From a virus (lineage: Duplodnaviria > Caudoviricetes): a DNA stretch of 64,000 bases. This document shows positions 43,501-52,481 of the stretch, in pieces. Made by a program: the position numbers and the translations under genes. Below the pieces are notes generated by a model, which was not told the origin of the DNA, made no database searches, and saw nothing but the letters and a program-made list of their open reading frames with translations. Each line of letters starts with the position of its first letter. Positions within the stretch are counted from its first letter, which is position 1. The DNA lies in the IMG/VR virus record IMGVR_UViG_3300032011_004028, positions 10,896 to 74,895 of that record, one strand, 5' to 3'.

Positions 43501-46500
43501 CGGAACGTCGAAATCTTTTGCTACACGAAACGGCAGGTGAAGCGCTTCTAGTAGCGGCCACCCCGTTCCGGGCGCCAACATTTCCAGCCCTCTTCCGGTA
43601 TTGCCTTGAGCAAATTCTTGCTGTATCGGGGCCGGGAGATACTGCTGAAACCCTCCTGCGTTGGCTGCCTCTTTTTCGGTTATAGAGGCAAGTTTTGAAC
43701 CCATAACCTCAAACTTCTTAGATCTTAAACCTTTTTGATATTCTCTGTTAGCGTCTGTTTGTATTTGTTCAAGCTCCTGATATGAAGTGAAGCCTCCCCC
43801 TCCCGTTATCCTATCCAACATACCTTGAACATTTTTTTGCGCGGTAGGGGAGCCTTCTAATTTAGAGATCAAACCTCTTATATTACTAGTGACTTCGCGT
43901 CCTTTAGCTAGTCTTTTTTCAGGAGTAGTTTCTACCCTTAATTGCGCCAAGTTAGATCCAAGGTTCGCTATAGCCTCCGAAACCTGCGATCCTTTCTTTT
44001 CCATCTCGGCTAATTCAGCAGATAAAACCTCAAAAGATCGAGTAGCTGCATAAGTATGCTGGGTCACTAAATCCATCCCTAAACTGGCGGCCCCAAGGGC
44101 TCCTCCGGCAGCTGCTCCCCACGGACCACCCATCATCATTCCCATTCCGGCAAAACCCGCTATACCACCGCCACCCCGAGTAAGTGTCTGCTCTATACTC
44201 CCCTCTTCCATTTTTGAGGCTGCAGCCCCGGCGGCCATCTGTACCAGCATGCCACCCATTGCAGCACCCATTCTTCGGGTTTGCGAAGTGGCCGCTTTAC
44301 TAGCTTTGGCTGAATCTTTGGCAGCTTTGCCTGCATCTTTCAATCCTTTATCAAGGTCTTTGTAACGGTCTACATCAACGCTCCCTGTGTGTGGCCTACC
44401 CGCGCCGGTAGTTTCATCAAAAAAGTTTGGAACTCCATGAGATTTAGGATTAATACCGCGAGACCGTGCTCTCGAAATACCTTGACCTAATCCTGCGGGT
44501 TCATGTATAGTATTATATACTCCCAATCCTCCCGGGTTACCCCCCGAAACCAAAGAATTACTGCTACCTACCCTTATAGCTGAAGAAGGAACTCCGGCTG
44601 AGAGTTCTCTACCTATTGCATTAGTTAGTGGAGAGACAGCAAAGTTGGGGATATGGCCCAAAGCCTTGTTCATACCTCGAGTAGGAGCTTTCCCAGTAGT
44701 GTTCAAAACCCCTACTGTTCCTCCAGCTGTGGCTTCATACTTCGTTGCTATGGCTTTTACTATATTATTTATATTTGGCCCTACGTTCATTCCGGCTGCG
44801 AGAGCATCGTTAACAACTTTCTTAGGTATGTTTCCGCTCATCGCCGCCTCTGTTCCAATTTTAGCTTCGATTTTGCTTCTTGTAGGCTTTAACCTTCCCC
44901 CTTTTTTATTAATGAAAGCTATTAAGTCTTTATTGGCATAGTTAGGCCCGTTGTAATCAAAAGCCGCTGATCTATCAGCTAAAGATTGTTCGTCTACGGC
45001 CGCCCTCATCCCTTCTTCAAATATGTCCCCTTCGGTTCCTTTACTCAAGGCTTTCATGTTGAATTTACGAGCCTTAGAATTCGGAAAAAGTTGACGAGAT
45101 AAATCTTTTGCGTATTTAGTGAAAGACCTTTGGAGTGAGGGAAATTCGCCAACAGTATTCGAGAAAGTATCTGTACCTTGGCTAAACGGGAATATAGGAA
45201 CCGCTGGAAGTGGAGACATCCTTAACATTAGACTCTGAAGAATCTTCCCATCTTTTCCATCAAACATCTTTCTAGGCAACATCTTCTGAAGAGCTGGGAT
45301 ACCTTTCGGCCCGAGGGCTTGCTGGCTGAACATTATAGGGGTAGTAGCGGTGCCTTCTTCTGTGATAATCCCTATATCTTTCATTTTAGAGATATCAACA
45401 GCAACATCTAAATTAACGGGAGCTGGTTTACCTTGTTTTCTGGCCAACTCCGCTTGTATACCTAAAGTTCTTGCGCCTTTATTCCTATTAAGGGTGCTAG
45501 CGATAGCTGACCCTGCCGCGAAGTTGGGGACAAACCCTTCAGCTGCATAAGGATTAAATCCGTGAGCCGCACTAAAAGCGGATTTGTAATTGGCCCCTGC
45601 GAGGCTACGCCTAGGAGGCATTATGGCTGACTGAGACATACCGGGGAACCGTTTAACGGTTTCCGCCGAATTATACATAACCCTACTACCTCCCGGTTGG
45701 GTCATAGTCCTAATAGCTCCCGCTTTATATCCTCCTGCGGCCGCTCCTGCTCTTTCTGCTCCCGCACTGGCGAAGTTAGGTATAAAACCCGCCGACCCCA
45801 TATAGAGGCCTCCGCTACGACCAATTCTTGCACCTTTAGCGGCAACACTTGCAGCGATGGGAGCAGCTATAGTTGTCATAGCGGCCCGTGCTAAAGTCTG
45901 AGCTTGAAGGGTTTTTAGTATTTGCTGCTCTAGACTTAAAATGCTAGTGTCTTTCCTTAAGACCGATTGGAGGAGTAGTGGTTCTTTAGCTAAAGTCTCC
46001 ACGATAGCCGTCTGAATACCCTGCCTCTGTTGAGAGGCTTTATTGATATTCATTATATCCGCAAAAGCTTTTCCCGTGAATTTTGTTAAATTGTAGAAAA
46101 GTTTACTAACAGTAGCGGTTATAACAACAAGGCCGGGACCAGCGATGAAGTCTCCCAACCCCTGCATTATCCCCTTGCCCCAATTCTTGCCGAAATCTGC
46201 CAAAGCCCCTCCCTCTCCGAAACTCTCTAAAACTCCATTTACAACCCCCAAGGTCCTCCTGATGGCTGGCTCAATTGTAGCCCCTCCTAAACCTGCTCCG
46301 GCTTGAGTCAGGTTCGACATAGTCCGGTTCACTAAGGCGTCTAAACTTTGATTTAACTGTTCGTTTCTTCTATAGGCTTCGTCAGTGGCACTACTGGCCG
46401 TTCTTAACGCCCTTCCATAGTTGGAGGTAGTTGACGATAAGTCGGCCATTGCAGCTTTAAGTATATTAACTTGAAAAACTCCAGCTACCTGCTCCGCAGT

Positions 46501-47454
46501 TTGAGCTTGGGTCGCTTTAGATAACGTACTAAAACCACCTGCTAAATTCTGCAAGACTTGTATCCCACTCAGCGCCTCCCCATTAAAATCGGTAACAGCA
46601 ATACCTAAATTTCTTAAATTCTGTAAAACGTCTTTACGCTGCAACCTTGTAAAAATAGTTTTGAAGGCGTTACCAATAACAGCTCCGCCTCGAGCAGTTC
46701 TTTGTTGCACGGCGGTAGTTATAGCTAACAACTCGTCCATACTGACCCCCGCAGAAACTGCAGAAGCGCCTACACGAGATATAGATTTAGCCAAGTCATC
46801 GGAACTAACAGCAAAAGCTGCATCAACTTTTGCCATTTTGTTGATTACTTGAGCAGAAGTCACCCCTTCTTTATTGAAAGAGTTAACGGCGGCAGTGAGA
46901 GATTTAACGGCTTCTGCCGCATCCATGCCGGTTAATCGAGTAAGAATCAATGCGTCTTTTGTACGCATTAATGTTTTTTCCATCCCTAAACCTTGACGGG
47001 CTAACTCTGTAGCGGCTTCCGCCACCGTATCAAACCCTTGAGCAGTTTGTTTACCCACTTGAAACATCCCTTGCCCAAATTTTTTGAGGCTCTTCTGGGA
47101 GGCGTTCATCACCACGTTGACATCAAGGAGGGCTTTTTCTACCTTGAGAGTGCTAGAGACCATACCTTTAAAGGCGCGGTCAATTTGCATGATGATTCCG
47201 GCTGAAGCGCCGAAAGCTACAACACGTGCGTTAGAGGCTTCGAGGGACTTGGTAAACTCATCGGCTTTAACCGTAGCCTTAGAGAGGCCGGAGCCTAATG
47301 CACGGACTTTCTCCCCTCCTGTGCCTCCAAACCCTTTGAGAGCTTTACCGCTAGCGACCCCAAGCCTCTCCATTTCCTTTCGGATACGGGCTAAATCTCT
47401 GTCTGCATCTCGGGTATTGAGTAAGAAATCAATTGTTACGCTATCTTTTGCCAT
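40519..47454 (-). CDS. Tape measure protein (TP901-like core) with internal cargo modules, 2311 aa
   Basis: VAEAATELARQG, ALILTRLTGMDAAEAVKSLTAAVNSF, RGGAVIGNAFKTIFTRL; C-terminal GGIVTGGSGYKDDVPAMMNGGEFVI module present twice. Confidence 0.92.
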   Translation of the reverse strand: MAKDSVTIDFLLNTRDADRDLARIRKEMERLGVASGKALKGFGGTGGEKVRALGSGLSKATVKADEFTKSLEASNARVVAFGASAGIIMQIDRAFKGMVSSTLKVEKALLDVNVVMNASQKSLKKFGQGMFQVGKQTAQGFDTVAEAATELARQGLGMEKTLMRTKDALILTRLTGMDAAEAVKSLTAAVNSFNKEGVTSAQVINKMAKVDAAFAVSSDDLAKSISRVGASAVSAGVSMDELLAITTAVQQRTARGGAVIGNAFKTIFTRLQRKDVLQNLRNLGIAVTDFNGEALSGIQVLQNLAGGFSTLSKATQAQTAEQVAGVFQVNILKAAMADLSSTTSNYGRALRTASSATDEAYRRNEQLNQSLDALVNRTMSNLTQAGAGLGGATIEPAIRRTLGVVNGVLESFGEGGALADFGKNWGKGIMQGLGDFIAGPGLVVITATVSKLFYNLTKFTGKAFADIMNINKASQQRQGIQTAIVETLAKEPLLLQSVLRKDTSILSLEQQILKTLQAQTLARAAMTTIAAPIAASVAAKGARIGRSGGLYMGSAGFIPNFASAGAERAGAAAGGYKAGAIRTMTQPGGSRVMYNSAETVKRFPGMSQSAIMPPRRSLAGANYKSAFSAAHGFNPYAAEGFVPNFAAGSAIASTLNRNKGARTLGIQAELARKQGKPAPVNLDVAVDISKMKDIGIITEEGTATTPIMFSQQALGPKGIPALQKMLPRKMFDGKDGKILQSLMLRMSPLPAVPIFPFSQGTDTFSNTVGEFPSLQRSFTKYAKDLSRQLFPNSKARKFNMKALSKGTEGDIFEEGMRAAVDEQSLADRSAAFDYNGPNYANKDLIAFINKKGGRLKPTRSKIEAKIGTEAAMSGNIPKKVVNDALAAGMNVGPNINNIVKAIATKYEATAGGTVGVLNTTGKAPTRGMNKALGHIPNFAVSPLTNAIGRELSAGVPSSAIRVGSSNSLVSGGNPGGLGVYNTIHEPAGLGQGISRARSRGINPKSHGVPNFFDETTGAGRPHTGSVDVDRYKDLDKGLKDAGKAAKDSAKASKAATSQTRRMGAAMGGMLVQMAAGAAASKMEEGSIEQTLTRGGGGIAGFAGMGMMMGGPWGAAAGGALGAASLGMDLVTQHTYAATRSFEVLSAELAEMEKKGSQVSEAIANLGSNLAQLRVETTPEKRLAKGREVTSNIRGLISKLEGSPTAQKNVQGMLDRITGGGGFTSYQELEQIQTDANREYQKGLRSKKFEVMGSKLASITEKEAANAGGFQQYLPAPIQQEFAQGNTGRGLEMLAPGTGWPLLEALHLPFRVAKDFDVPVLKHLAGEGMMEEFQREIGSARKARAARATPDFYSKFMGTKALDQKGDIGTVLRNNPEALSIIQGLTAQTSRLGPSGGRNYDIFRSSPLMAAGGGFEKRMDKAMDVAGIASDARTAFKKTVNTPEARIAFINMLSGRGIPGAGSGWISTDVKGRKAKPFASQFSPQSIKQDIGLAESASKLAPEEQKAAARIGARETRSFVEGLRQASVASKNRVKETQLEIKQSTELRKVQNNYDMALAKATKDTFGVADAKLAQSLNEAAKNFENASRVARETFDSQMASDVAGFAKEFETFASKFDKGTWGRTGTAFDPKTGRALPKGAFGLPFGGGVDVPNIDIARSTFQSLGRGGTDALQERILAVQEKERKKGTLTIEEQIVKEFGPKVLDKLLTRSEELDQKMKELGIQNSNAKTLAEKQNAIDKKMLEISRQFNKDKANELAITKQIVDQKKLVYYEDLRAAGKMSAADVLSQQDITQRNRMRTEGINQSDIGGAFGRGFRGGMTYDDYALFDDLKSGGADAAASMKSSFADAFKSITSGATDARSAIAQFADSILNTISDITARIGTNMLFSQMGFSRGGSVPGYNRGGIVTGGSGYKDDVPAMMNGGEFVIKKSAAQKIGYSALNAINGGAPGYSMGGMFAVSAGASAVSGLINQSNQKQASPWRGQDYGHGRGAYGYYGGPDVNATGASFAGGSSQSAAISLSKGFNFYRRDPATGRLVSERSRPTEGAYDVSSGLSLAGRLGADDPQTARMFSREEAMGGYQDYLTDETRRRKEVVRAHEAKKRGRLISAYANAAMLIGGSYMMGKTGPLTSELTGASVSGGGRKNFNALSASQRGGMSARDYLDAGVGINDSGLPDMAQGGSAKRSPAMLMGGEYVMSPDTVRTHGLGFMNELNRGNVPGYANGGYVGSAGTVGAGINNNVSINVNVDKRGNASVDASQDSSNASSEGSVKEAEKNKQLGAALQTVVVQEIIKQQRPGGLLQNTTKFGSV

Positions 47455-47459
47455 ATTCC

Positions 47460-47477
47460 TAGTGTATTATTACACTA
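47460..47477 (-). promoter_or_regulatory. GTGTAA motif in the 5' arm of a 7-bp hairpin abutting the TMP ribosome-binding site
   Basis: Minus strand reads TAGTGTA-ATAA-TACACTA-GGAAT-ATG. Confidence 0.6.
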
Positions 47478-47485
47478 TTTTTGGC

Positions 47486-48481
47486 TTACGTTCCGTGAAT
47501 TTTCATCATATCATCCATACTAAGCCTTCCTCCCTTTTCTGCGGCTTTCTTAGCGAGACTTATAGTTTCCCCCGGATTATCTAAACCTAAACGTTTAAGA
47601 TCGTCTTTTGTTGCTCCAACAAGCGATGTAGCTCCGTGCTCTCCCGCTTTAGCTTCAGATTTTTCAAGAGTTTCAGCGGCGCTTTTTGTCGACTCAAACC
47701 ACTCTACAAGCTTTTCTGGGTGTTCGGCGATATGATCTGGCGGCTTCTTCTCTGAATTCTGGATCATGCTCTTGTAATAACGCCCATAACCGAATAATTC
47801 AAGCTGGTAAAAACTCAAATTGACTAAAGGTTTCCCAAAAAATACATGAGCATTGTCTTCGCATAAATAAAAGATGTTAGTAAAGAACGCGGAGACGGAA
47901 ATCCTCTTTAAAAGAGGGGATTTAAATTTTTCTACCGACTTATTATATAACCCGATTAAACTTACAAGTTTTTGTTCCTCTAAATCCTCATATTCCTCAG
48001 CCGTAAACAAGCTCTCCCCTCCTTCAGTTTTCAAGGCATTGTAAATGTAATGTTCATTGATCCTACGTGAAGCATAGGCTTCGGCAGTAAATCCTATTAA
48101 CTCTTCTTTCTCGTGCTCTAGTTCTATTAGCTTGGTTCGTTGAATTTTAAGCTCCTCATTAGCTTGATTTACGTGGGCCTGAAGAAAAACTTTCTTTTTT
48201 GTATTTTCCAATCCTGCTATGTGTGATTTAGTATTTAAAACCTCTTTATTTTTTTCTTCGGTCCAAATTTCCTGTTCCAGAAGGTCGTCGATTCGTTGTT
48301 TTCTGGAGGGGAGACCTTCGTCAATAGCTTTTTTATAGAAGGCGCGATTTTTAATATCTAATTCAGCAGAATCAAAATTAGTAAAATGTTTAATCCTAAC
48401 TGTTTTATAATATTCAGACTGAACTAGGGAAAAACCCCTAAGTATTTCGGAAAAAGTAACCTTTAAGTCTATAGGGTCCAT
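47486..48481 (-). CDS. Putative tail assembly chaperone (pre-TMP)
   Basis: Helical and charged; directly upstream of TMP; TGATG coupling with the upstream ORF (GTG at 48484 is an alternative start). Confidence 0.55.
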   Translation of the reverse strand: MDPIDLKVTFSEILRGFSLVQSEYYKTVRIKHFTNFDSAELDIKNRAFYKKAIDEGLPSRKQRIDDLLEQEIWTEEKNKEVLNTKSHIAGLENTKKKVFLQAHVNQANEELKIQRTKLIELEHEKEELIGFTAEAYASRRINEHYIYNALKTEGGESLFTAEEYEDLEEQKLVSLIGLYNKSVEKFKSPLLKRISVSAFFTNIFYLCEDNAHVFFGKPLVNLSFYQLELFGYGRYYKSMIQNSEKKPPDHIAEHPEKLVEWFESTKSAAETLEKSEAKAGEHGATSLVGATKDDLKRLGLDNPGETISLAKKAAEKGGRLSMDDMMKIHGT

Positions 48482-49257
48482 CACCCATCTGTCTTTTCTT
48501 CCTCTTCGGCTTCTTCATCTAACTTAAGGGCTAGATCTACCATTTCTTGGAATTCTTTTTGAGTATTAGGCCTTCCCACGAACCAAAAGCTGACATAATA
48601 GGCGAACTTACGAGCTACGACAATCTCAAAGATATCGTCTCCCTCGTCTATGTCGTCATAGGTCTTTAATTTACTCTCAAGGTCGCCAGAACCAAAAAAT
48701 TCTACGTCTTTTCCGTCTTGTTCTGAGTGAGCCAAGTGAAGCATCCACCACAATATAACCTTGTTGCGAGCACGACTTTCCGCGGTTTCTTCATAAAGGC
48801 TGTCTTCCTCTAATTGGAGATCTCGCAGTTCCTTACGCGCAGGACGGACCTCTTTTTCGAGCTCTTTAAGCCTTTTCTTTTGGGAAGTGGTTCTTTTTTT
48901 CTCGGTGATGTCTAGGATTTTAGACTGCTCTTCATAGAAGTTTTTAAGCCTATCTGTAATAGCTTTATATTTCTTAGTATCTTGTTCGCTCCGGGTTCCC
49001 CCGTCGTTTTCAAAGCGTTTTTCAAGCAATGCTCGCGTTAAGAGCCCAGCTTTAATTCCTTCAGCTAGTTTTACTCCATAATATAACTCGGCCTCATCAG
49101 TCATAGCGCGAGTAGGTCGTCTTAAAAAGAATTTATGAGGGACCTCTTTTACTACATCTTTAGAAGTGGTTACTTCGCTACCGTCTTTTTTCTTTTCAAC
49201 GGACTTTTCTTGAACGGTCTCTTCCTTATTTACGGTGAACTCGTATATGCGCTTCAT
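48481..49257 (-). CDS. Putative tail assembly chaperone
   Basis: Coiled-coil-rich and acidic; lies between tube and TMP genes. Confidence 0.55.
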   Translation of the reverse strand: MKRIYEFTVNKEETVQEKSVEKKKDGSEVTTSKDVVKEVPHKFFLRRPTRAMTDEAELYYGVKLAEGIKAGLLTRALLEKRFENDGGTRSEQDTKKYKAITDRLKNFYEEQSKILDITEKKRTTSQKKRLKELEKEVRPARKELRDLQLEEDSLYEETAESRARNKVILWWMLHLAHSEQDGKDVEFFGSGDLESKLKTYDDIDEGDDIFEIVVARKFAYYVSFWFVGRPNTQKEFQEMVDLALKLDEEAEEEEKTDG

Positions 49258-49508
49258 TTTGGTTTATTATTGTTGTATTCGACGAATTTTTCAAAATATT
49301 CCTCCAAATCGCGAATTGTATCATTTCCTAAATCTAGGATTCTTTTACGGATTCTTTGGTGGGTTTCTTCGGGAATTTTGAGTCCATCGACCTGAAGATC
49401 TTCGAGGATAAAAAAGAATTGTTTATAGAGATTTGTTATTTTCCGCTTTGTTTGAAAAGCAAAAAAATTATTGATTATGTCCCTATCCTTTCCTTCTTCC
49501 TTAGACAT
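49254..49508 (-). CDS. Small hypothetical protein in the tail chaperone region
   Basis: 84 aa with its own GTGTAA motif and RBS; ATGA overlap with the next gene. Confidence 0.6.
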   Translation of the reverse strand: MSKEEGKDRDIINNFFAFQTKRKITNLYKQFFFILEDLQVDGLKIPEETHQRIRKRILDLGNDTIRDLEEYFEKFVEYNNNKPK

Positions 49509-49535
49509 GCCTTCTACCTTATATCCTACTATAAA

Positions 49536-49541
49536 TTACAC
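49536..49541 (-). promoter_or_regulatory. GTGTAA motif (candidate late promoter)
   Basis: CAAATAGTGTAATTT immediately downstream of the tube-gene terminator. Confidence 0.65.
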
Positions 49542-49550
49542 TATTTGAAC

Positions 49551-49579
49551 AAAAAAAATCCCCCAAAAGGGGGATTTTT
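49551..49579 (-). terminator. Rho-independent terminator after the major tail tube gene
   Basis: Minus strand reads AAAAATCCCCC-TTTT-GGGGGATTTTT followed by a T run. Confidence 0.85.
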
Positions 49580-49599
49580 GCAAAATATAAAACGGGACA

Positions 49600-50949
49600 T
49601 TAGAACCCTCTATTTGTAGTGATATTATTAAATCCACTCATAAAAATACCAACATCAGTCTGCTCAGGTCCACCAATCTGGTTACTGAAATCAAGAGTTA
49701 CTGATTTGTTATCACCGATAGAAGACGTAAACGATTCACTGTCAAGTTTCAGCTTACGCATTAAGATAGCCGCTACAACCGGTTTGTCGGCGGGAACATT
49801 GCAATTTCCTGCAGTCTTCATCTTGATTACAGCATCGTAAGATTCGTCACAATTAATATAGTCCGCTATACTGCCACTCGTCAAATCTGCCAACACGGCA
49901 TCGACGCTTAAACTTGAAGTAATTGGGAAGTCAACCACACGAGCGAAAGCGAATCGTGAGCCAAGTCTTTCAATTGGTGTACGACTAAGATCGAAACTTA
50001 CGTTATAGCTCTGGATATGAGCATCAGCAATGTCTGCACCATTAATAAGGTCTTCCGAGGTAGCACCTCCGTTCATCAAGGCTTCGTCAATATTAGCTGA
50101 CGCATCGTGAGCATAGAGACTTAGAGTAATGTCACCCGGACGAAGAGAGCTAATGTCAGAGCCAGCATCCATCGTAGCGTTTCCGCTATAAACCGGTAGA
50201 GCGACGTTCTCACTTACCTTCGTTCCATCGGTAGCGTTAACCGCTGGGCTTATTCCTGAGATATATTGAAGCTGCTCATGCACCCCATTTACAGTCCCGG
50301 TCCGGAAACCCGGATTTAGCGGAGACGCCCCAACTTGATTAACATTGTCACCACTTTTAATAGGAAGGTTTACAAAATTCATGTTTTGGCCTTCCACAGA
50401 AACACTTGCGGTTGGCAGGCCTCCTACAGAAGCTTCTGTGCTGTAAGAAGTAATAAACCCATTACCAATACCAATAATACTCTCGTAATTACCAGTCACC
50501 ATAAGATCGGCTGCATCTGCGCCTTCTTTAGTAGTTAGGACAAAGTAATCTTTTTGGTTTGCCGTAGTGGCTGAGTTAATAATACCTGAAATACAAGAGG
50601 TCATTTCCGGACCTATATTTGGCTCAGCGCCCGCCGTTCCTTGTGTAGCGCTCCCTGACATAGGAACTCCACTTGGGGTTATCTCAAATCCAAGGGCCTC
50701 CTCGTTACCAAAACCATTCACATAATAGCTCGTATCAAAACTGACAGTAGGAGTATCGATAATGATACGGTCAATAGCAGCTAGCTCACCGAACTGGTTA
50801 ACGTCCTGACGAGCAACGCTAAAACTATAGTTTGCGCTTTGAACACGTTGTAGAGCGACTACGTCTCCGGACTGGGTAAGGTCGCTGTCGTATGCAGCTT
50901 GACTGGCGTATACAGCCTGACTTTGGTAAATTACTCGATTTCTTGCCAT
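49600..50949 (-). CDS. Major tail tube protein with duplicated tube domain (T5 pb6-like architecture)
   Basis: 449 aa; two repeats RVQSANYSFSVARQDVNQFG...PTVSF and HIQSYNVSFDLSRTPIERLG...PITSSL. Canonical position after the neck genes, with its own promoter motif and terminator. Confidence 0.8.
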   Translation of the reverse strand: MARNRVIYQSQAVYASQAAYDSDLTQSGDVVALQRVQSANYSFSVARQDVNQFGELAAIDRIIIDTPTVSFDTSYYVNGFGNEEALGFEITPSGVPMSGSATQGTAGAEPNIGPEMTSCISGIINSATTANQKDYFVLTTKEGADAADLMVTGNYESIIGIGNGFITSYSTEASVGGLPTASVSVEGQNMNFVNLPIKSGDNVNQVGASPLNPGFRTGTVNGVHEQLQYISGISPAVNATDGTKVSENVALPVYSGNATMDAGSDISSLRPGDITLSLYAHDASANIDEALMNGGATSEDLINGADIADAHIQSYNVSFDLSRTPIERLGSRFAFARVVDFPITSSLSVDAVLADLTSGSIADYINCDESYDAVIKMKTAGNCNVPADKPVVAAILMRKLKLDSESFTSSIGDNKSVTLDFSNQIGGPEQTDVGIFMSGFNNITTNRGF

Positions 50950-50977
50950 GTTAAAAATTCCTTATTGTTATTTTAAT

Positions 50978-50983
50978 TTACAG
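50978..50983 (-). promoter_or_regulatory. CTGTAA variant of the late motif upstream of the tube gene
   Basis: TTAACTGTAAATT, then TAAGGA RBS and ATG at 50949. Confidence 0.45.
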
Positions 50984-51012
50984 TTAATATGTCTAAAAGT
51001 GAAATTATTTTG

Positions 51013-51885
51013 TTATTCTCGGGGTAATCTGACGTTACTAAGCTCAAAATCAATTAAAGTAGAATAAACATTGGGGTTAAACTTCCTTACTTCATTCTCT
51101 AAAACCCTGTCAAAACGGGACACGTTTACCTCTTCGATAAACATTCTATCCGCATAACCTTTGGTGCCTGCTATTCCTGTATAATTAAATTCATTATTTG
51201 TCCTAAAGTAACCAAAAGCATTAAAAGGCATATCAGACTCTTCAAATAAAGCTATTTCAGTTTTAACCTGATCGCGGAAAAGGCTACCTATAGCATCAAT
51301 ATCAAATTGGCTATCGGCAATCACTATGGCTCGAGCCTTAACCCATGTGGTATCTTGGCCGCCAAGAGCGAAAGGCTCATTGTAAGTTCCGTTAGCCTTC
51401 AGATAAACTACGGGGTAAGTTTTTGTATCTGGCTCTAATCCCGTGGGGACCACACTAGAAATTTGATTACGGTTAGTATATTGAGTTTGAAATAATAACT
51501 CGTCCTCTGTCCTACTAGTAAGAAAGGTATTGAAATCCTTTATGGCAAAACTTCCTGTGATCGGGTCCGTATTATCTCCGGACCAGTAGGTTCTTCCATT
51601 ATTGTAATCAATGGCATATAAACCAGTGGCTCCGCCTTCTCCCACGTTAACTAAATTGTCATTACTCCCAACGTACAATCCTGTGGGGATAGTGGCGCCA
51701 TCAATGGAGGAATCCGCAACAATTTGAGAGTAAGAACTGGCATAAGTTTCATATCCTGCAAAATCCTCAGAGACACTATAAAAACGACCAGTAGTATTCT
51801 GGTAAGCATCGCCTTTATCTAAGAGTTTGTTATCAAACCATAGAAGCAGGCTGGACATTACTTTATTATCAAATTGGGGCTTCAT
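51013..51885 (-). CDS. Putative tail terminator / tail completion protein
   Basis: Directly upstream of the tube gene; C-terminal YPVVYLK...EPFALGG...RAIVIADS...LIDFELS alpha/beta pattern. Confidence 0.5.
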   Translation of the reverse strand: MKPQFDNKVMSSLLLWFDNKLLDKGDAYQNTTGRFYSVSEDFAGYETYASSYSQIVADSSIDGATIPTGLYVGSNDNLVNVGEGGATGLYAIDYNNGRTYWSGDNTDPITGSFAIKDFNTFLTSRTEDELLFQTQYTNRNQISSVVPTGLEPDTKTYPVVYLKANGTYNEPFALGGQDTTWVKARAIVIADSQFDIDAIGSLFRDQVKTEIALFEESDMPFNAFGYFRTNNEFNYTGIAGTKGYADRMFIEEVNVSRFDRVLENEVRKFNPNVYSTLIDFELSNVRLPRE

Positions 51886-52481
51886 TTCAGTCGACGTTTA
51901 AATTTCATTAACATTGGGGTAATGTAGGGAGTAGGTGAAAAGTTGACGTAAGTAGAGCTAGATTTTCCCCCTTGAATAGCAAACCCAGACCTACTGTCTT
52001 CGCTTCTACCGAAAATGGTATTTGTAAAGTTTCCAATTCCTTTTTCTACCCCTTTAACCCAGCTCTGGCTTGTCCAAGGCAACGGCGTAACCCCATATAT
52101 TTCGGTCATAGAAGGGTAGCTTATAGGGAAATCCCATTGCAAAATATTCGCAGTTGATTTCCTTAACCTAGGTTGTTTTTGCACCTGAATAAAATCTTCA
52201 AACCCTTGACGAATTATTTCTACCGGTTTGGCAGATTGCCGGAAGCCTAAAAAAGCGAAAAAGTTTCCATACCCCCCCATAAGAGGACTATTCATTCCAG
52301 AAACCCCCTGTTCTATCTCTTTTGTAACAGGGTGACTATTTAATTCTGCAAGAAGTTCTTTCTTTAATTTATTTACTTTCTTTAACGCAGCTCCGTAAGC
52401 TATATTTTGCAGAGTCTTAGAGTTGGCAATTTTTTTCTTTAAAACCTGCTTTACTGTTAAGTTTTTAGGTTTGAGCTTCAT
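51882..52481 (-). CDS. Putative neck / tail completion protein (HK97 gp10-like position)
   Basis: Basic 199-aa protein in the head-tail joining block. Confidence 0.45.
   Translation of the reverse strand: MKLKPKNLTVKQVLKKKIANSKTLQNIAYGAALKKVNKLKKELLAELNSHPVTKEIEQGVSGMNSPLMGGYGNFFAFLGFRQSAKPVEIIRQGFEDFIQVQKQPRLRKSTANILQWDFPISYPSMTEIYGVTPLPWTSQSWVKGVEKGIGNFTNTIFGRSEDSRSGFAIQGGKSSSTYVNFSPTPYITPMLMKFKRRLK

Noticed and set aside
48470-48500. Programmed -1 frameshift for a G/GT chaperone
   Set aside because: No heptameric slippery sequence before the stop; an ordinary TGATG coupling is present.
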